This document shows positions 1-14,117 of a stretch of 64,000 nucleotides of DNA, in pieces (the first letter of the stretch is position 1; each line of letters begins with the position of its first letter). The position numbers were made by a program, and so were the translations under genes. Source of the stretch: Pecten maximus (lineage: Eukaryota); the NCBI RefSeq assembly GCF_902652985.1, contig NC_047017.1:17732001-17796000 (forward strand). The letters run 5' to 3'. The notes below the pieces were generated by a model. It was not told the origin of the DNA and ran no database searches. It saw only the letters and a list, made by a program, of their open reading frames with translations.

Positions 1-537
1 GCATCTCATTTTCTCTTCTTTGTATGCCATAAGTGACCCCATAATAAAGTGAAAACATTCAACAATGGTTAAAACATTAGAATCTCTATGTGAGTATTAT
101 CTTACACAAGAGATCTAACTTGCATCTGTTCAATATACACCTTCATTATACACCTGGGAAAAACACACACCTGAAATGTTGACCCTAGCTATTTACAGGT
201 CAACTAAGTTCGTGATTCTGGTAATAGATCTTATGGTTGGATCACTTTTGTAAAAAAAAAAAAAAAAAGACTTCTCATGCTACCATATTTATCCTGCAAT
301 AAGGCCTGGTGGCCATCACACACAACCCACTGATTCAGATGAATATGACATCCAACTTTCCAAAATATTGTCTGTGAATACCTATCTACAAAGTATAGCT
401 ATACTTTATAAATCCGTTGTAATTTCTTGTATTGAAAAGCGACAAGAGGGTATAGGTTTTTTTTTTTTTTTTAAAGTCATGGATTCAATTAATTACATAA
501 TGTGGAGCAGAACTGGACTGGGATGAATGCCCACAAC

Positions 538-628
538 CAGGTAGCTCAATTGTAGAGCATCCGACTAATGTTTGGAGGTCCAGGGTTCGAACCCTGGTCT
601 GGCTGTGCATTTTTCCACCCCTACTACA
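538..628 (+). mobile_element. Short tRNA-derived SINE or tRNA pseudogene
   Basis: A-box-like GGTAGCTCAATTGTAGAGC and B-box GGGTTCGAACCC; imperfect acceptor and anticodon stems, followed by a non-tRNA tail with a T-run. Confidence 0.7.
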
Positions 629-3600
629 ACTGTAAATGTATTCATTTAACTATGTAGATGTTTCTAGGCTGTGATGATTGTCAAATTAAAGAAACAGCTA
701 AATATAACAATCACAGAACAAAAGCATGTGTTTTTGACACTTAAGCATGCAGGTAAATGGAGGGCAAACACAACTAGCCATCAATTTAGCTTGTTTACAC
801 AATTTTTACAGCAATGATGTACAAGGGAGCTGGCTCCTCCCCGACATACCAGCAGATGCTAAAATGATGGAGGGGTTGCAGACAGATGTCAGATTTTGTA
901 TTTACTGCTGTGGTTCTCAGGGTGGCATACATCCACCTCAAGCATGAAATCTACACAGCAGGTTTACCTCCCCAACCTCTCAAAACTCTACACAAAACAT
1001 CATACATCACAGCAGTAAGTTCAGTTCACTTTTTTAAAATTTGTTGGGCAAAATATCATTTAATTAATATTTCATTGCCATATGTTAAAATAGAGTATAT
1101 TTGTACAGAAACCCTTGAGGACTTAAAAATAAATCATGATTAACGTACAGTATTAACGCCCCACGAAACATTCTGAAAAGCATTTTATGGTTGGAAAAGT
1201 CAGCAAGATACAAGTTAAGGTGTATGCATGAAGTTGAAGAATTTTTACAGTAATTCTCCAAGGTTTATAAAAGACAGATCTTACATATCTTCATAATCAT
1301 TACTTTAGTGAAATGTTCATGCTCGTGCAGAGTTTAACTCTCATCATCAGCTTCAACACACAAGTGGATGATTGTTACCTCTTTTAATTTAAATTTTCAT
1401 TTCAAAGTCTAATTTTGCCTAATGATAATATAACATCTTATGATTTACCAGATAGATACAGTGATGAGATTCTCTCACTTCCACACTACATTTATTGTGT
1501 AGTTTCAAGATTTCACTTAGCAAGCTAGCTTGATATTAATTCCTTTAAAGAGGTACAGTACATGTACAGTTAGCAATTCAACCTCAACTGTATTGAGTGT
1601 TAATATCTATATTTATAAACTGCATACATATATTCATGGCCCCATTAATCATGAGTTATACTTCGACATACCAGATTGTCCCCAGTCATGTCAACAATAG
1701 TCTACTTTAAATTTGCAATGCAAGGTCAATGGATAAATCAATACTTTGATATTGGTTTTGTATTTTTTGTATATGAATTGTGTTCTCTACAAATTATATA
1801 TAAAAGCGGCAATGATAATACAGATATTATATATATACTACAAGTACTTATCCTCTAATAATTATAAACGAAGTGTCAACGCATAGACTTGGATTCAAAG
1901 TAAGGGATGGGGTTATTATGGAACAAAGACATATAACGTATAATAATAAATATACGTTATAATGTAACCGGTGTTTTACTGCTATATCTATGGGTGGGCT
2001 TATTACCTGAACTTATTGATGCGTAATACAGTAAGACCTATAGATCTGCTTTGAATCATCAGATGTTTGATCACACCATCCTCAAATAATTCTGCTTTGA
2101 GCAGAAGAGAGTTATTTTTTTATCATATCATCCTTTTTGCTATGGTATGTAGTTTATGATGCATAACTTAGCTTCTGACAACCACTTTATGGGAGGTAAA
2201 TAAAAGTATATTAAACACGCCACTAATGCACAAAATAAGTAGACAGGATTAATTTTAATAACCTGAACCAAAACTTTCACTAATGGAAACCTAAATTGAC
2301 TAATATATTTATGTTTAAGCTAATTATTTTAATGGGGACAGTTTACTTGTTAAGTTTGGCTATAGTTATAGGCATGTATTATCTAACCCTTACCTATATA
2401 TCTATATTTAGTTATCAATACCCTTTTTAATTTGACAGGCTAAAAATCTACCACCACTTCTTATAACAGCAAGCCATTTTGATCCCCACCCTTTTTTAAT
2501 GTGGTAAGATAAATATTGCTCATCTTATCAACCATCATTACCAAGGAAATATGAGCTTAGGGTGCGTTTTACACAGCAATATACAGCTCCAGTGTATATA
2601 TCCAGCGAGGAATATTCACTTTTTAAGTTTCAAATATTGATATTTCTGTCAATACATAGACAGGAAACATCAGAAACGCCCTGAGCATGATTTACAGAAA
2701 TGTGTGTATCATTGCTACAATATTTAGTCTCCCAATAGTATAAAAGTGTAGTACTATTCAATATACACAGACACATTTCCTTCCAAAAACATCAGCAAAA
2801 CCTCAGAGTAAATTTCTTCAATGGTAAGAAACATATACACAGTATGTATACACCTGTTGGCAGTGTGTATACTATATGGTATCTCTAGACCAACTTATCA
2901 GAGAAGTAGTTGAACTTAGATAGAAAATGTTACACCAGGAAAAGCAACCCATATCAATGTTGACATATATCTCAATAATACATACATGTATATTTTCTGA
3001 TCAACTTTTAGGACTAAAGAAAGCATCCGAATACAATATCAACTAATTTATAAGTGTTGGATATATACGGTACTGTATAATGATAAAATAAACTCATGCC
3101 TAAGTAATAAGCCCATGCCACCTGCAATTGACATTATTACGTCTACTATAAATCAGTAAAATTGCTAATAAGTCCACCCCTTAATTACATCTATACATTA
3201 AGCCAATGTTTATATATGCATTATTGACCCCTGTGCTTAATTATTACAGAATGAATATAACTGGTAATAAAACTGTATAGTGAAGGTTTATAATTATAAC
3301 TATTTGTTGCCATTGTCATTTAAACTGTTAAGTTTTTAAATCACAAAAAAAAAACTTAATACAGGTTTAGACTACATAATATATATATATAGCAGCAATT
3401 CTGAAAACTAAAATATCCAGAAAGTATGTTTTATTTGCAAATGTTTAATCTAACAAATATATATCTACCAGTATATATATGTACAAACGATAAAAACATA
3501 TTCCTATATGTTCATTTTTGTGTATTCACTCCAAACAGTTACTTGTCACCTACTTCAGTGCTTTGACCCACAGGTGTCAGATTTGACAGTGTCACGGTGT

Positions 3601-6600
3601 ATAGTATACATAAGAATTTTGGCCATTTCCTGAAAGATGACAGGCTGACATGTTTGACCATCCCTTTCCTATAGATGTTTACAAGGTGTGTGTATGTGTG
3701 CACGTGTCATAAGAAAAAGTGAAAATATTTTTTTTCGGTACTTCATGCATATCATTGGCTCTAATTAGCTTTTGCATTAAAAGTTTAAAAACATATGCTT
3801 ACACACACACATATTTATATAAACCGACTTATTCCATTCCTTAAATAAAATATAGGACCATGGTCATGACCTGTACCAGTTACAGATTTGTTTAAGTGTG
3901 ACAAGGTTAAAACCATTTCCTAAGTTATATATTAATACATGTACACTCAAGTGGCTAATTATACCTATATATATATATGGCTCCATTATACCTACTCCCT
4001 TATAAGGATAAATAACATCTAAAGTGTAAATTAACATTGTATTTTAGCACATTCCAAAAATTGGCTATTTTTTGTATACTAGCCATTTTGAAGCATGACA
4101 ACACTAGTGTAAAAGTCCATATGTATGTACCTTGAAGATACACTGGCCATTTTCAATGATCACATCTTACGGACTATAGAGACCAAGTTAAATATTGATA
4201 AAATTCTATATATAATCTGTGCATACTTTTACAATATTCGTTGTAAAATTTCGGAGTGCAAACTAATCATGAACACATAATGTCAATTCAAATTTCCCAC
4301 AGTCACCAATTGCCAGAGTCCTATATAGATGCAATCCAATTATATTTTGACCTAACGCATATATACATGCATGTGCCTTTCTTATTAGTAAGCAGGAAGA
4401 AATGCTGGAGTCTGCTTTTGCAATATGAACAAAATCCTGAAGGTTATAGGCGGATTTTCTCAAGCTATAAATACTAAATGCAATTTACAGTGAGAACTTC
4501 TGCACTGATGAGAAATCCCTGCAGTTGGTATCCAAACCATGTATATATACTGGTAAAGTACACAGAAATGTTGGAAAGTTATTATCACAAAGATGTATAG
4601 TTTTTTTATTGGTAGGCTAGTCTAGAGAATTCCCTCATAAACCACCACATAAATCAAAATGTCCATCATATACCTGGTTGATAACCCAACTCTATCCATG
4701 AATGTATACATTTCTCTGGCCATCTTTTCTTCAGACGGCTGATGATTTCCACCTCAGATATATCTTATTGTGGTACTGTGGTACTGCTGCTATGTGATGT
4801 CAATGCCTATTTGTAGAAGATGAGCTTAAATGACTGATCCACCCATTGCCAGCCACCATTTCAGCATGCAAATTGACCTGGGGCATGTGCTGAAGAGTTA
4901 ATTAGAAGATAGCCCAAGCCTTGTATTATTTCTGAGGAAGGACAGTAACAAGTTGTTTAGATTACAAGAAGAAATATCTTACATTATTTGTTTTTCACAT
5001 AAACATTTTGGCTCTACTTTTCAGGTCCAATCCCTGGACTTATTTGTTATGTTATAAAAGTGGGAGCTTATCTACTGTTCTACCTGCCAGCAGTCACGAT
5101 GGTAACCCGATACTTTTCTGAAACGTAACGGGGAATAATTTCAGAATGTTCCAACTCGACAGCTCCTAAAAACTATAATTGTCTTGGTAGGGGCATAGAT
5201 TAATATAAATTAAATAAGGCAATACATTTTCAAGGTTTTTATACAGAAGAAAATTAGGGGGACTTAACCATAACATATGGTGCACGTCTTTTTCCTGCGC
5301 TAAGTGTAATGGGTGGGTGAAGGAAAAGAGGAAGTGTGGCTGCTGATGGAAAACTTATGTTTTTATATTTATTTTGGTACTCCTTAAAGAAAAGGGAAAA
5401 GGGCTACCGATAATCAACTACAGAAACAGTATATAGCTTACAACATAATCTGATAGATGTTTTTTTAATTTTCAGTTATATGATTTTCTCCAATTCATTT
5501 ACAATATACATACTGATAATTTTACACCAGCATGAATGGTAACAAGCATAATGATCCGTGTTTGTTCATGTGTATGGGTACCAGGTGTTAGATGAAGGAT
5601 CTCTTGTTCTATCTAGCTATGTAACTGACTCTGAAGCATCTCCATGGTACTGGCACTAATTACACAAAGTGTGCTGTATATCATAACAGCTCCATCACAC
5701 TAATGAACTGTATTGTTTCCAAGTATATGCTTCTACAGCTCTAGACCAAAACAAGAGAAGCTAAACAGAAATTGAAAGGTGCAAAAACAAATTTCTGTTG
5801 TTTTTTATATTTGATTTCTTCGTATAATTTCAGTACATGTACAGTATAACTATATTATTTAACACAAATTTACTGTAAATTGACAAAACAGTGTTTCCTC
5901 ATTTGTTTTTCTCACAAAATATCTGTCGTACATATATTTAATTTTAATTTTCTGTACTTGCAATGATTGATGTATCACTATATTAATTATACAACAATAA
6001 TCCATTCCTGCATATAATCATGAAAAACAAATGAGATCAACATTCATATCGACAATTATTGACCACTTATATATCATGATGACCGTGACAGATATTCTCT
6101 ATTAGGTACAACCACTGCACGCATTGCAGCAAACTTATATTGATCGAACCTGCTCTCATTTTCCACGTGATTGATGAGAAATTAATAATGTATATATGAA
6201 AATCCTGTAATTTGTAACCATGAGACAACAACATCAGAAAAATGACTGGGGCTTTATAAATCTGTTTTAATATATTCTGATAATAAAAGCAAAAGATAAG
6301 GCATTAATGCCTCTCAAATTTGATTCAGACACTTAATTGTAAGTGTCACCTGACAAAGATATCTATATTCTGTATATACATACTCTATTATGGAGTCCTT
6401 TTTATCTGCAATTGCCTTTTTTTATTTGCCTAGTGATAATTTATACAATGTTGAGCAATCATGGGGTTGGATAAATGACATCTGCCTGTAAATAAAATTG
6501 ACTCTACTCACAGTTCACAACAAATATACCTCACCCATATATCAGAAAGCACTCTAACTTATCTTAATTCATGTTTAATTCTTAGTCAGACCTGTTTTAA

Positions 6601-8183
6601 TTGACATTTACGCTCTTCCTATACTCGTTTGCATGCTGACACCTGCCCCAATATCATTTCCTTTTCATACAGGAAGTTGAGACCTGTCCTACATAAAATG
6701 TTTATAAATACTGACACAGAATCCCAAGGTTTGAGCTTCAAGAAATCTTCTATCTGTATTTCATGCGATTACAAGATATATGAAATAAAAATTACACATA
6801 TTTTGCCAAACTTTAGCTTTTCCAAAGATAGGTGTGTGTTCATAATTTGCCAGACTAAACATTCCGGGTTGATCCCTGGAATCTAAAGACTAGTTATCAG
6901 TGTGAGGAATTTGAGGGAATCTGGAAGTGAACAAGACTGCCAGATAGGGCACAGAACATATCTATGGCACCGCACTCTTCCTGTGCACTTGAAAGGTTGT
7001 ATGGATCTCAGTGTGTATGCTAACTTAAGTGTGTCAAACTCCGTACAGCCCCAACTTCCTTTTCCGTTTGTTCGAGTAGTTGGTGAAGTTCTGTGCGTTT
7101 GTGCTTTTAAGATGCTGCACTTTACAAATATGTGTATTAAACTTGTGCATTAATCGCTTATAGGGTCTTCTTTATGATCTGTGGCTCTGCGTGAAACGTT
7201 TATGCACCTTTAAGCATACAATGCTTATTGCTAGCCAGGCAACTCTGAATTTAAGTAAATTAAACCTGTGGTATATATAAACCTTGAATATAAGGTCTAC
7301 AAAAGACAAGAAATGTTTTTACAACTATTGATTTGTTTTAACAACTATTGATTCTAATTAGGAGTATTTTCATAGATGCATATATGAAAGTTTTATCTTG
7401 ATTTTGCACCAGCTGTAATGCATAGATAATTAAACATCGGAATCACAATTATAATTTATATTAACCAGTATTCAATGTAATTATATTATAAACCAATATT
7501 TTGACTGTAGCCAACAAGTAACCAGTAATTATATATAAGATTTCTAAATACATGTAATCAAAAGGTTGTGTTTACTTATGTCATAATTTTATAAGCAATA
7601 ACCCTAAAACCAAATAAGCTCTTCCATCTGCAGTTTACCATAAAACAATTGCTTATCCACATCATACTTGAATCCCTACTGACAGTGAAAGTATAAGCTT
7701 ATCCACAAACTGCCAATTACATAGATACATATCAATATATAGTGCCAATGGCAGCAGAATTTAATGTGATTGTGGCTGCATATATGTATTGATTAATACA
7801 TGAATGTACCATGCACAGTTTTCTTGGCTATCCAATAAAAAACTAAATATAGCAGAAGACAGTCATATATCAGTATGTAATTTCGAAAAGGAATTCATAC
7901 AGACATTAAAGAATGGCAAATGGATAGCTACAACTACATATAAACATATGTGTGGCACCAATTCATTGTAACACAACCCCTGATTGTACCACCACTTTAC
8001 AACTGACCAAACAATCAGCGTATTTATATCGTATAATCACAAGTCGAGGTATGGTATTGTCTTACTTACAGCAAGTTAGGTTTTTATCTAATTGATAATT
8101 CTTTATACATTTTGCATATATACACGATGCATTTTTATACTTACATCAGTACTTGACAACTATACTGGAGACATATATAAATG

Positions 8184-8193
8184 AAAAGGATAC
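8184..8193 (-). promoter_or_regulatory. U12 (minor spliceosome) 5' splice site
   Basis: Intron begins GTATCCTTTT, the U12 consensus RTATCCTTT, directly after the last codon of the myosin exon. Confidence 0.85.
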
Positions 8194-8300
8194 ATAAATC
8201 TGGTCCCTTTTATATCGGGTTCGCAAATTGATATTAATTCCTTTCTCATCAATATCACTGATAATTGTCATATCAGTAACTCCATCTTCGGGTCGGGCAC
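8194..8300 (-). CDS. Unconventional myosin, coding exon 2 (start of motor domain; class VII/X/XXII-like)
   Basis: Reverse complement reads ttccag|GT GCC CGA CCC GAA GAT... = (G)ARPEDGVTDMTIISDIDEKGININLRTRYKRDQIY|gtatcctttt. This matches the myosin head pattern 'GVxDMxxLxDLxExGIxxNLxxRYxxDxIY(TYxGSIL)'. The next exon was not found in the window. Confidence 0.85.
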
Positions 8301-8869
8301 CTGGAAATTCAAAATCAATAATTTAATACAAAATACATTTGCATACAGCCTGAAAATTAAAAATGCTTTATCAAGACACAGAAAAAAAACACTGCTCATA
8401 TCAGTCTGCTAGTATAATTCTTGGGCAGCTTGCATTTAATTGATATCTTTCCAAAATCATCATTGACTTATTTGCATGTAATACATGTATTATAATAAAT
8501 GACAAAAATATATCAACAATGTCCAGCCCTAGCTGTCAAATTAATTTATAAACAGCAGAGGCTTTTCAAGATGAGAAAAATTCCAGGTCCAAGTGCAATT
8601 TTCTTGCAATTTTCACCCTTTTTTGAGAAATTAAAGACGCAACTAATTCATTTTAATTGGACCACTATGTTTCACCATGGAGCAGTGCAAGTACTTTTGA
8701 CCTCAAACTAGGCCGAAGATCCAGTGACATGCAGACTAATATGACAGAAGCCACACTAACTCAGTTGGTGGAACTTTAGACTATATACCGTCAGTATTTG
8801 TTTAAATTTGTTAAGCTGTACAGCAGGGTTTAATGCCCTTAAAACATCCAGGCTAATATAAAATAAAGA

Positions 8870-9106
8870 TAGGCGTCAAGTGGTTTGATCCCCACTTGGA
8901 ATGGTTCGCATTTTTTCAGAAGCTGATATCTGGTATCTGTAGACATAATGCAAGATACTTTATCCCAGTCGCTTAGTGTGGATAACATGTAATTTGGGTC
9001 TCCTATAAATGTTGTTCAGTGAAGTAGCTACCATCTACTACAAGATGACTCCATCCCAAAATGACCCTGGCTGTTGATAGGGCAATAAGCCTTGGAAACA
9101 AACAAA
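8870..9106 (+). mobile_element. Degenerate SINE
   Basis: B-box-like GGTTTGATCCC; the 3' tail ATGACCCTGGCTGTTGATAGGGC...AAACAAACAAA is shared with the SINE at 10961-11178. Confidence 0.55.
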
Positions 9107-10594
9107 TCTATCTAATTTGGGGAGCAATTAATGATCAACTGTGAAAAAATAACAATTGATTATCAGATCAGCTGATGATAAATGACTGTCCAATTAGTGT
9201 CCCACATCTAGTGTTCAGAATCTAATAACTGTACATATATTGTGTAGGTATACATGTACTTTTCTAAGGTCCAGTACAACCTGGATATGACCGTGACCTA
9301 GCTGACCCCAGTAAATGACACAATTCATCCTTATACATATGTACACAGCCATGATTTGACCCTTATGTGCCAGCTAGTCGCCCAGCTCAGAAGATCTATA
9401 AAAGTGGTGGCCCCTTTGCAAACCATAATAACATGTAATATTTTGCAGGATATATGGCATGAGCAGACAATGAGTCATGTTGTGAATGGCATAACAAACA
9501 ATGCAAAAATCCACCCCACAAAAGTCAATACCCTGGTATGAAGTTTATTACAGCAATAAAACACTGGCGCTTACGCACAGCATATATAGATTTCTGACGT
9601 ACTAGAGAGGACCTGTGTTTTCTTTTACATTGTTTTCCATCATGGCCATGATTTTTTTTAATAAAACATTCTTAGCTGTACCTATTAGGCATCACTAGTA
9701 CTATACATTTTGATGATCAACAACAAGTGATGTATGACATACTATAAGTTGAGGACACATAAATGACAATTGTTCACTCATCTGTCACAAACGGATGCAT
9801 GTCAATGACCATATAACATACCATGTTTGTGTATTGTGGTGTACTAAACCTGCATATTTATCCATGTTTTCAATACAGCAGTAAACTATAGCTTTTATTG
9901 GTCAGATCAGTATTATAAACATATGTATTGCATGCCAACATGTGTATTAATTGGCATATTGCACATCTATACAGGAGTAAATGGACGGCACTTCAAAGTC
10001 TAACATGTATGCATATATATATGTATATATACCAACTAGTAAAAAGATTCTAGTGGCTGATTAAATAAAGAAAACCAAAACTTTAAAGATTACAATCCCT
10101 TAGTGTCTCTTTGGGGTCTTATACTTTGATGACACAATCAAACGGTTAATCAATTGCAAATGCAGCCTCTCCTATATAAAAGACACTGTGTAAGTGCACC
10201 ACGTACAGCACTGAAAAGATTGTATTATTTCCAAATGTTTTGGCTTGTTATACATTACAGCAAACAGCACTGAAAGAATAAATTCAATAATGTGCTTCCT
10301 TGGTTTGAATCCAGTGGGATATTATCTAATGTCTGTCAAAGACCTCAATTTAATATAATGGTATCAGTGAAAGTAAAATGGCTAACATACTGGTACTTCA
10401 ATGATCATAATTTGTTTTGCAGAATGGGAATATTTAACAGGGGAGAAATCTGCAAAGATCATTAATTGTTTTTCAATGTTTCTGCTAGGAAATGAAGCTA
10501 GACCTGTTGTCTAATCCTACCAGTACAGCTTAAATTGTATAGCCAAGACTGTGGAAAGCAGCTATATAGCTAATATTATTTTACCAGGTATACA

Positions 10595-10782
10595 TTTGTT
10601 TATTTTGTTTTTATTTTTAGGTTTTAGAAGTGGAGGAAAGCCAGAGTACATGGAGAAAAATCACCAGCCTACGGTCAGTTCCAGGCAACAGCCCCACATG
10701 GGTTTCGAACTGGCAAACCAAGAGGTGGAGGCCTTGTGATCATGATAAAGTGTCAGGACACCTTAATCACTCAGCCACCGCT
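10595..10782 (-). mobile_element. V-domain SINE, diverged and partly deleted copy
   Basis: Aligns by eye to 10961-11178 (GGAGGAAAGCCAGAGTACATGGAGAAAAATCACC...CACCTTAATCACTCAGCCACC). Confidence 0.8.
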
Positions 10783-10960
10783 ACCAGGTATACATCTGTA
10801 CTTCTGCATGACAGAACCCATCCAAGAGTGACCCAGAGGTAACAATGCTAGCAATACCAAAGTTGTAATTTTCCGAATCACTACATGGGTGCTAATGTTC
10901 TAATGTCAATTTTTTCCTTCAAAAAATCTACATCTTCAACAGAATCAGATCAAACCAAGG

Positions 10961-11178
10961 TTTGGTTTGTTTTTGATTAACGTCCTATTAACAGCCAGGG
11001 TCATTTAAGGACGTGCCAGGTTTTGGAGGTGGAGGAAAGCCGGAGTACCCGGAGAAAAACCACCGACCTACGGTCAGTACCTGGCAACTGCCCCACGTAG
11101 GTTTTGAACTCGCAACCCAGAGGTGGAGGGCTAGTGTTGAAGTGTCGTGACACCTTAACCACTCGGCCACTGCGGCCC
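10961..11178 (-). mobile_element. Full-length tRNA-derived V-domain SINE with target-site duplication
   Basis: Head GGCCGCAGTGGCCGAGTGGTTAAGG (A box), GAGTTCAAAAC (B box), V-core GGTTTTTCTCCGGGTACTCCGGCTTTCCTCC, AAAC/AAACC tail. Flanked by CAAACCAAGG at 10951-10960 and 11179-11188. Confidence 0.9.
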
Positions 11179-12638
11179 CAAACCAAGGATTACGCATATA
11201 TATATATATATATACATTTGTCTAGTCTCGTTAAATATTATAAAAGAACACATATAATGTACCTAAATAATATAAAGCAATACAAAAGCTTGTAACCAGA
11301 AACAAAGCCTGAATAAGATTGCATAGATGAAAAGACCAGTATCCATATGTATATTACATACGTGTTCATAGCTGTCATTGCTGAAGGGTAGTGGTGTGTA
11401 TCCACATACCTTGTGATAGACAGGTGCACTCCTGATTCTTACACATGGTTAGGTACTGGTGTCGGGTCATTATATAATACTACCTGCCTATTAATAATAC
11501 ATGTTATGGTCTTGACAGTGTGTGCTTGGTGCATGTAACCCAGTGCTAATTCACAGCTGTCGTATTTCAGTGACCAGTGATAGCTATACCTGTGAATTAC
11601 TGGTGGGGGGTACTTGTCAACTAGCAATATAACTCACAGACAGACTTAACATATATATGAATGCGTAGTACTATAAGACAGGTGTGATTTGTTAGACTAA
11701 TACACAGGGGAATAGACAATGCAGGTGTAAATAACAAAGTGAGTGATTCATTGTGACTATAGAGGTTCAACAGGTAAACGATCCAATAGCAAAATAGAAA
11801 TCAATACCTGTGTAGAATTATCAACACCATACTATATAGCTCAAAGTCAGTGGCCTTGATGCTAGATATAGCTATTGAGACTGAGAGATCATTATTACCT
11901 TCTTGACTTTTGATTTACTAAAGATCTATCAGACTATCAATGGGGAAAAAAATCAATGGACAATTAGCCATAGTTTCCTGGAAAATAATATTCTATGTAT
12001 ATTTTATGTCACAGTTGAGTCTAATGATCAAGGTATACTGGTAATTTTGTTTTCTATACAACTGTAAATTTTAAGACCAAGTATCTACAATTTGATTATA
12101 ATATATATATATATTCTTGATGTGATATCTTGTATGAAATGATTCTGAAAAATAGATAATATTGCCAATATTATAAATATTAATAGATCTACTAAAGAAA
12201 TATTGTTTGTTTAGTCGAAAATTGAAAAACTATTTTCCAAAGTAAATTTAAAATTTGAAACAATTAGCGATAAATAAGCATTTATCAGTAAAACCGCCTT
12301 AAACTAATTACAGAACAAGAGAAAATTTAATCTAAGATTTACACGAATTTACGTGTAAAATAAGCCATACTTTATCATGATATACATTAAAATCAGCTGA
12401 TCGAGACAGCAGATTTAGAGAAAAAAATGAACAAATGTACAAATATTTGAAATTTGTTGTTATCACGATCAGATACATAAATACTGTCATCAGTAACAGA
12501 ACACAACACTCCGCTGTTCTCCGCTGTCAGTGTCAGTTCGTCTACACACAATATACAAAGCAATATCGAACCTCACAGTTATCATGATCGGAGAACAAAA
12601 GATGGTGATGCTGACTATTTTAACGCAGACGTACGTAC

Positions 12639-12678
12639 CCCGCGAGGCGAGTTGTGGTCTTTCCAAAATAGATGACAT
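12639..12678 (-). CDS. Unconventional myosin, putative coding exon 1
   Basis: ATG...MSSILERPQLASR G|gtacgt. The phase-1 donor joins in frame with the phase-1 acceptor at 8300, and the exon lies in the CpG-richer promoter zone. Confidence 0.7.
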
Positions 12679-13119
12679 TTTTGCCCGTTTAACTTTTCCT
12701 TTTTGTCCGAATTTACTCCATAACTAACTCTCCATCTGAATGAATAACGGTGGTTTAATCACACTACTCGCTTGCCTTGTGCCCAGCGTTGCGAGTGACT
12801 CACACTGCTAGCTCACCGTACGGTAACTCTTTCAACTTCGCCGCCACTCCCGACCGAGCCAGCCAGTGTGTGGGCATTGTCGTAATAAATCTATTTTTTT
12901 ATTATACAAAATAATCATATTTGCACAATAATTATATATTCAAAATAAATTCTTAAAGGAGCACAAGAATGAATTCTGATTACAAATTAAGTATGATAAG
13001 GCATATTATTTTACGTTTCGGTACGATTTACGATTCGGGCATGCGCACATTGGTATTGGAATTGAGACATGGCGGCGGAAAGTTACACTTGCTGTTTGGA
13101 GAGGGTTTAAATCATTAAC
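12679..13119. promoter_or_regulatory. Putative bidirectional promoter (myosin / ZNF318)
   Basis: 441 bp between divergent ATGs; locally CpG-rich; NRF1-like GCATGCGCA at about 13039-13047; YY1-like ACATGGCGGC at about 13067-13076. Confidence 0.65.
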
Positions 13120-13335
13120 ATGGGGTTTCTTGGACGAGGGAGGGGGTCAACCCATGCTGTCAAGCGAGAGGGAGGAATCCATGCATCATCGCGGAAGTCG
13201 AATAGCGGTGACCACAGTGGATCGAAGCGAGATCAACACGGACGATCGGGACGTAGCAATAGCCGAGAACGCTCATCGCACAGTCGAGACCGTCGTAGAA
13301 GTCGGGATCGATCGCGATCACCGTTAAGAACACAG
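13120..13335 (+). CDS. ZNF318: Zinc finger protein 318-like, exon 1 (RS-rich)
   Basis: MGFLGRGRG...SRDRRRSRDRSRSPLRTQ|gttacc. The phase-0 donor is weak but compatible with the exon 2 acceptor. Confidence 0.7.
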
Positions 13336-13738
13336 GTTACCTCACGTCCAACACGACCAATTTGTTTACTGCTGTTTGTGGATAGACACGTTGAATGTCT
13401 ATCACTTTCATGTTCCAAATGGGAACGTTTGTTACGGTTATAGTTCCATAAATTACAAAATCATACCTATCTTGAACTTTTAAGATATAGATAAAGATCT
13501 TATGAAAAGTAGACCATGATTGCATTACTTTGATCAGAGACATATATAGAGAGATAAGTAACATCGCTATTTTCCCGTACAAGTGGTGGCCCCCTTTATT
13601 CGTGACCACTAGAGCATATCCCTTATCGAGAGCGCCTTGTCCCCAATATATCAAACACACGCAAGCACGGGTAAATCGGGCTTTGCGCATGTGTGTATCG
13701 ATGTACTGGAACTTATTCGACATGTTCTGGTTAATCCC

Positions 13739-14117
13739 CCATTACGTCAGACCAAAACATCGTTAATTTTAAATACACACACAAAAAGCACATTGTTTTA
13801 TTTGGGCCACTAAAAAAGTTACTACATTATCCAAAAACTATCATACTTATGGGATATAGTCTTATTGATCATGCACATTGTTGTCATTTATCCGTATTTT
13901 CGAAAATCAATTGGGTCCTATATGACATGACCTAGTTTTGTAATTACGCCGCCATTACGTCAGACCAAAACATCGTCAATTTTACATGCACACAAAAAGC
14001 ACATCGTTTTATTTAGGCCACTACAAAAGTTACTACATTATCCAAAAACTATCATACTTATGGGATATGGTCTTGTTTATCACGCACATTGTTGTCATTT
14101 ATCCGTATTTTCGAAAA
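13739..14117 (+). repeat. About 170-bp direct repeat (2 copies) in ZNF318 intron 1
   Basis: CCATTACGTCAGACCAAAACATCG...CCGTATTTTCGAAAA at about 13739-13907 and 13952-14117. Confidence 0.85.

Noticed and set aside
538-605. Functional tRNA gene
   Set aside because: Imperfect D-loop, acceptor and anticodon stems; better explained as a SINE head.
1180-1222. CCTTAAC (minus strand) as the U12 branch point of the myosin intron
   Set aside because: No suitably spaced AG, and the downstream sequence does not encode the myosin TYxGSIL motif.
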